Shown here: in pieces, positions 61,511-64,000 of the stretch
Position numbering within the stretch: position 1 is the stretch's first letter
How the letters are laid out: every line of letters begins with the position of its first letter
NCBI GenBank assembly: GCA_031261985.1
Contig: JAISIR010000007.1
Coordinates: forward strand, 786 to 64,785
From: Clostridiales bacterium
GTDB lineage: Bacteria; Bacillota; Clostridia; Monoglobales; WRBX01
Direction of reading: 5' to 3'
DNA length: 64,000 nt
Translations under genes and position numbers: made by a program
Notes under the pieces: model-generated
Told to the model about the DNA's origin: nothing
Database searches by the model: none
Seen by the model: the letters and a program-made list of their open reading frames with translations, nothing else

Positions 61511-63442
61511 TCATCCTTCGTCTTTTACTTTGGCGACCACCACGGTTACATCGTCTACACTTTCGTTATAAACTTCTGCCTGCTGCAAAATATCATTCAT
61601 CATGTTTTGCGGCGTCATTCCATTTAAATCTAAGCTGCTTAAATATCCTGCAATCCAAGGGGTTTGCGGGTTTTCTGCGCCGTCCGATACCATTATAACA
61701 TAATCGCCATCGTCTACATATGTTGTGCGCGTTTCTATATCTGCATCGCCAAGTATGCCAACGGGGAGCGATGTTGAGGGGATTTGTTCGACCACGTTCT
61801 CGCGCTGGCGGACGATATAGCTTGTGTTAGCGCCTGTTTTGATAAACTCTGCCCTACCGTTAAATAGGTCGATAACTAAAACATCGGCGGTGGCATACGC
61901 ATCTTCGCGCTCTTTTAGCATTAATACAGAATTAACCAGCTCCATTGTTTTAAGCCTGTCGATGCCTGCTTTTAAGAAGCGTTGAGCTAAATCGACGGTT
62001 GCATTTGAATACTTATTAGCGCACTCGCCTATGCCCATTCCGTCGGATATAGCAATTATATACTTGCCGTCGTCCATGTATCTAAAACTAAAGGTGTCGC
62101 CGCACACATCTTGGCTTTGTGCGCGCATGCTTTGACCTGTGACCTCTACTTTAAGCCTAGGGCATTCGACCAATCGTAATTTATGCCTGCCTAGTGAATC
62201 TAGAGTGTCGCTTGCTAACTCGAACGGACGTTTTAGTACTTGATTGACCACAGCCATAACGCTATCTACACTTGCTAAGTTGTTAGAGCGCAACGTTATA
62301 TTGACCTCGTATTGCTCTTGAGAGTTTTGCACCACAACGACGCTGCTATGCCTTACGCCGCTTACAATTAACTCGCCCGATAGCTCGGCATCGAGTGCGG
62401 GGTTAAACTCTACATCGCAATCGGCTTTGCGTGCTAAGCTGCCAAAGTTGGATATAACGCCAATGTTAGAGTTATTATCGTTTGCCGCGCTTATATGCCC
62501 TAACCTTGCTATGTTCTCGCTGACTGTTCGAGAGTCGCTAATTTTAGTGATATAGCTACTTGTGTTTGTTGCGGTGTCGAAAGAATCGGCTAATTGGTTA
62601 TAGCTTACTTTATTGCCGAACCTGCCACTGGCTGCGGTGCGTGTAGGGATAGTATTTCGCACCACTATAGGGCGATTGGCGCGCCGCTTTTTATACTCGT
62701 CGTTAAGTGCCTCTTTTAGCTTGGTAAAGCGAATGCAACTTTTGGTGAAGTAATCGGGGAAGTCCTCGTACACAGCCTCGCCAAACTCCTCATACACAGG
62801 CAGAAGCTTAGATAGTGCATCGAAGGTGGAGTTGTAGTTTTTTTGCCAGCACTCATCGTTTCTTGCACAACGACGGCATACTTTATTGCTTATGCTCTCT
62901 ACAATTGGCAGACCCTCGCCGCTTTGTACCACGCCTATATTATTGAAGATTTTTGCCCATTCTTCTTTAAAATTGCATTTTTTGCCATTCCATAGAAGCA
63001 ATGTCATCTCTCTAAAGTTGCGCAGCGCGTACGAGCCAAAACCTATTAAAACGCACTCTAGAGGAAGCATAAGGCTATCGTACAAATTAAAGCCTAGTGC
63101 GAATATGTAGATGGTGCCAGATATCATTAACGCGGTGGAAAGTGCCAATGGCTCTAGGCTATCTTTTTGCGAGATGGTAACGCCAGCGTACTCGATTACC
63201 TCGCGGATTACCATATACAAAACCAGCGCGACAATGTATTTGGTAGCTGCTATGCCAAGCGATGTGCTAAGCACGCCAACTGTCACGCAAAGAGCGACGA
63301 GTTTTGCAAACTTTCCTTTTTTATAGATTGCACCATAAATTATCAGTCCAAAAGGTGCAAGCGTGTCGAAAATTACAATATGCGAAGCAAAAGCTATTAT
63401 CGCACATAATGCTAAACGGAACCAAACAAGTTTTTTTGTCAT
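61511..63442 (-). CDS. spoIIE: Stage II sporulation protein E (PP2C phosphatase), shortened membrane region
   Basis: N-terminal TM helices, VCRRC...CW, CGD, ISDGMG, ATAD, MVSDG, DDVTVVV. Confidence 0.82.
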   Translation of the reverse strand: MTKKLVWFRLALCAIIAFASHIVIFDTLAPFGLIIYGAIYKKGKFAKLVALCVTVGVLSTSLGIAATKYIVALVLYMVIREVIEYAGVTISQKDSLEPLALSTALMISGTIYIFALGFNLYDSLMLPLECVLIGFGSYALRNFREMTLLLWNGKKCNFKEEWAKIFNNIGVVQSGEGLPIVESISNKVCRRCARNDECWQKNYNSTFDALSKLLPVYEEFGEAVYEDFPDYFTKSCIRFTKLKEALNDEYKKRRANRPIVVRNTIPTRTAASGRFGNKVSYNQLADSFDTATNTSSYITKISDSRTVSENIARLGHISAANDNNSNIGVISNFGSLARKADCDVEFNPALDAELSGELIVSGVRHSSVVVVQNSQEQYEVNITLRSNNLASVDSVMAVVNQVLKRPFELASDTLDSLGRHKLRLVECPRLKVEVTGQSMRAQSQDVCGDTFSFRYMDDGKYIIAISDGMGIGECANKYSNATVDLAQRFLKAGIDRLKTMELVNSVLMLKEREDAYATADVLVIDLFNGRAEFIKTGANTSYIVRQRENVVEQIPSTSLPVGILGDADIETRTTYVDDGDYVIMVSDGAENPQTPWIAGYLSSLDLNGMTPQNMMNDILQQAEVYNESVDDVTVVVAKVKDEG

Positions 63443-63532
63443 TAGTCACACTTCCAATTACCATTTTCTTCCAATTATACACCTATTAAAAATAAATGTG
63501 TGTTGAAATATGTCGTCAAAATAAAAAAAACT

Positions 63533-63539
63533 TTCGACA
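63533..63539 (-). promoter_or_regulatory. Spo0A box upstream of spoIIE
   Basis: TTCGACA = TGTCGAA on the minus strand, about 90 bp upstream of spoIIE. Confidence 0.55.
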
Positions 63540-63542
63540 AAT

Positions 63543-63640
63543 TTAACGAAAATTTAACAAAGATTTAACATAAAGGGCGAAAAAGCCATTGAAATTAGGG
63601 ATTTTTTATGGTATAATATAAATATAAACAAAAGGGGAGC
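63543..63640 (+). promoter_or_regulatory. Triple TTAAC[AG] box, sigma-A promoter and RBS without a downstream ORF
   Basis: TTAACG-N5-TTAACA-N5-TTAACA 63543-63570, 18 bp, TTGAAA 63589, 17 bp, TGnTATAAT 63612, GGGGAG 63634. Confidence 0.72.
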
Positions 63641-63686
63641 AATTAAATAAGTTCCAATTAGTAGTAGAATTATTTAATCCTTAAAT

Positions 63687-63719
63687 AAAAAAGCAATTGC
63701 CGAAACAATTGCTTTTTTT
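63687..63719 (+). terminator. Rho-independent terminator
   Basis: aaaaaagcaattg-ccgaaa-caattgcttttttt. Confidence 0.8.
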
Positions 63720-63793
63720 AATGGGGAAATTTTGCATTATTAAATCTTTGCTTGCATAAAATACTATCGAACACTAATTAGGAGGTTTTTTAA

Positions 63794-64000
63794 TTGAAGA
63801 AGATGATATCTGCATTTTTAATTATGAATATATTTGTTTCTATATTTTTTGCATGCCCAATTATTGCTAAAGAGGAGGCGAGTGCGCCTTCTGCGACGGC
63901 AGCACAGCCTAGCATAGAGCTTACATCAAAAGGTGCGACGTTGATTGAGGCATCTACCGGTAAAGTTTTATTTGCTAAAAATGCTGATGAGAGGATGCCG
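63794..64000 (+). CDS. D-alanyl-D-alanine carboxypeptidase (DacF/DacB-like), 3' truncated by window end
   Basis: GGAGG RBS, TTG start, signal peptide, then LTSKGATLIEASTGKVLFAKNADERMP. Confidence 0.82.
   Translation, partial: MKKMISAFLIMNIFVSIFFACPIIAKEEASAPSATAAQPSIELTSKGATLIEASTGKVLFAKNADERMP

Noticed and set aside
13002-63570. Box read as an alphaproteobacterial CtrA site (TTAA-N7-TTAAC)
   Set aside because: The pattern fits, but sporulation genes and the SLH protein indicate a Firmicute; a PhoP/WalR-like OmpR-family regulator is more parsimonious. The regulator is not identified

Overview
Chromosomal window of a low-GC, spore-forming Clostridia-like Firmicute (spoIIE, spoIIM, ytvI, a ger operon, an SLH protein). 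1-12.6 kb holds the distal spc/alpha ribosomal operon (rplN to rplQ) with unusually long spacers, followed by tRNA-Glu. An 8-kb accessory block (13.0-21.0 kb) then encodes a MoxR-type AAA+/VWA pair, orphans, and a protein with a sigma-region-4-like segment plus RNA polymerase alpha-CTD-like repeats. The rest is housekeeping (porCDAB, radA, topA, dprA, infC-rpmI-rplT, ruvAB, murA and others), two more tRNAs, and scattered single orphan genes. Main finding: nine promoters share a TTAACA-N5-TTAACA direct repeat, seven of them exactly 18 bp upstream of a -35-like hexamer. Seven drive orphan genes (five with basic C-terminal tails, one GNAT-kinase fusion, one alpha-CTD protein), one drives a glycosyltransferase, and one has promoter, RBS and terminator but no gene. 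Also found: an unannotated type I toxin-antitoxin-like locus (46.25-46.6 kb) and several families of short intergenic repeats. All calls are by eye; no database searches were run.
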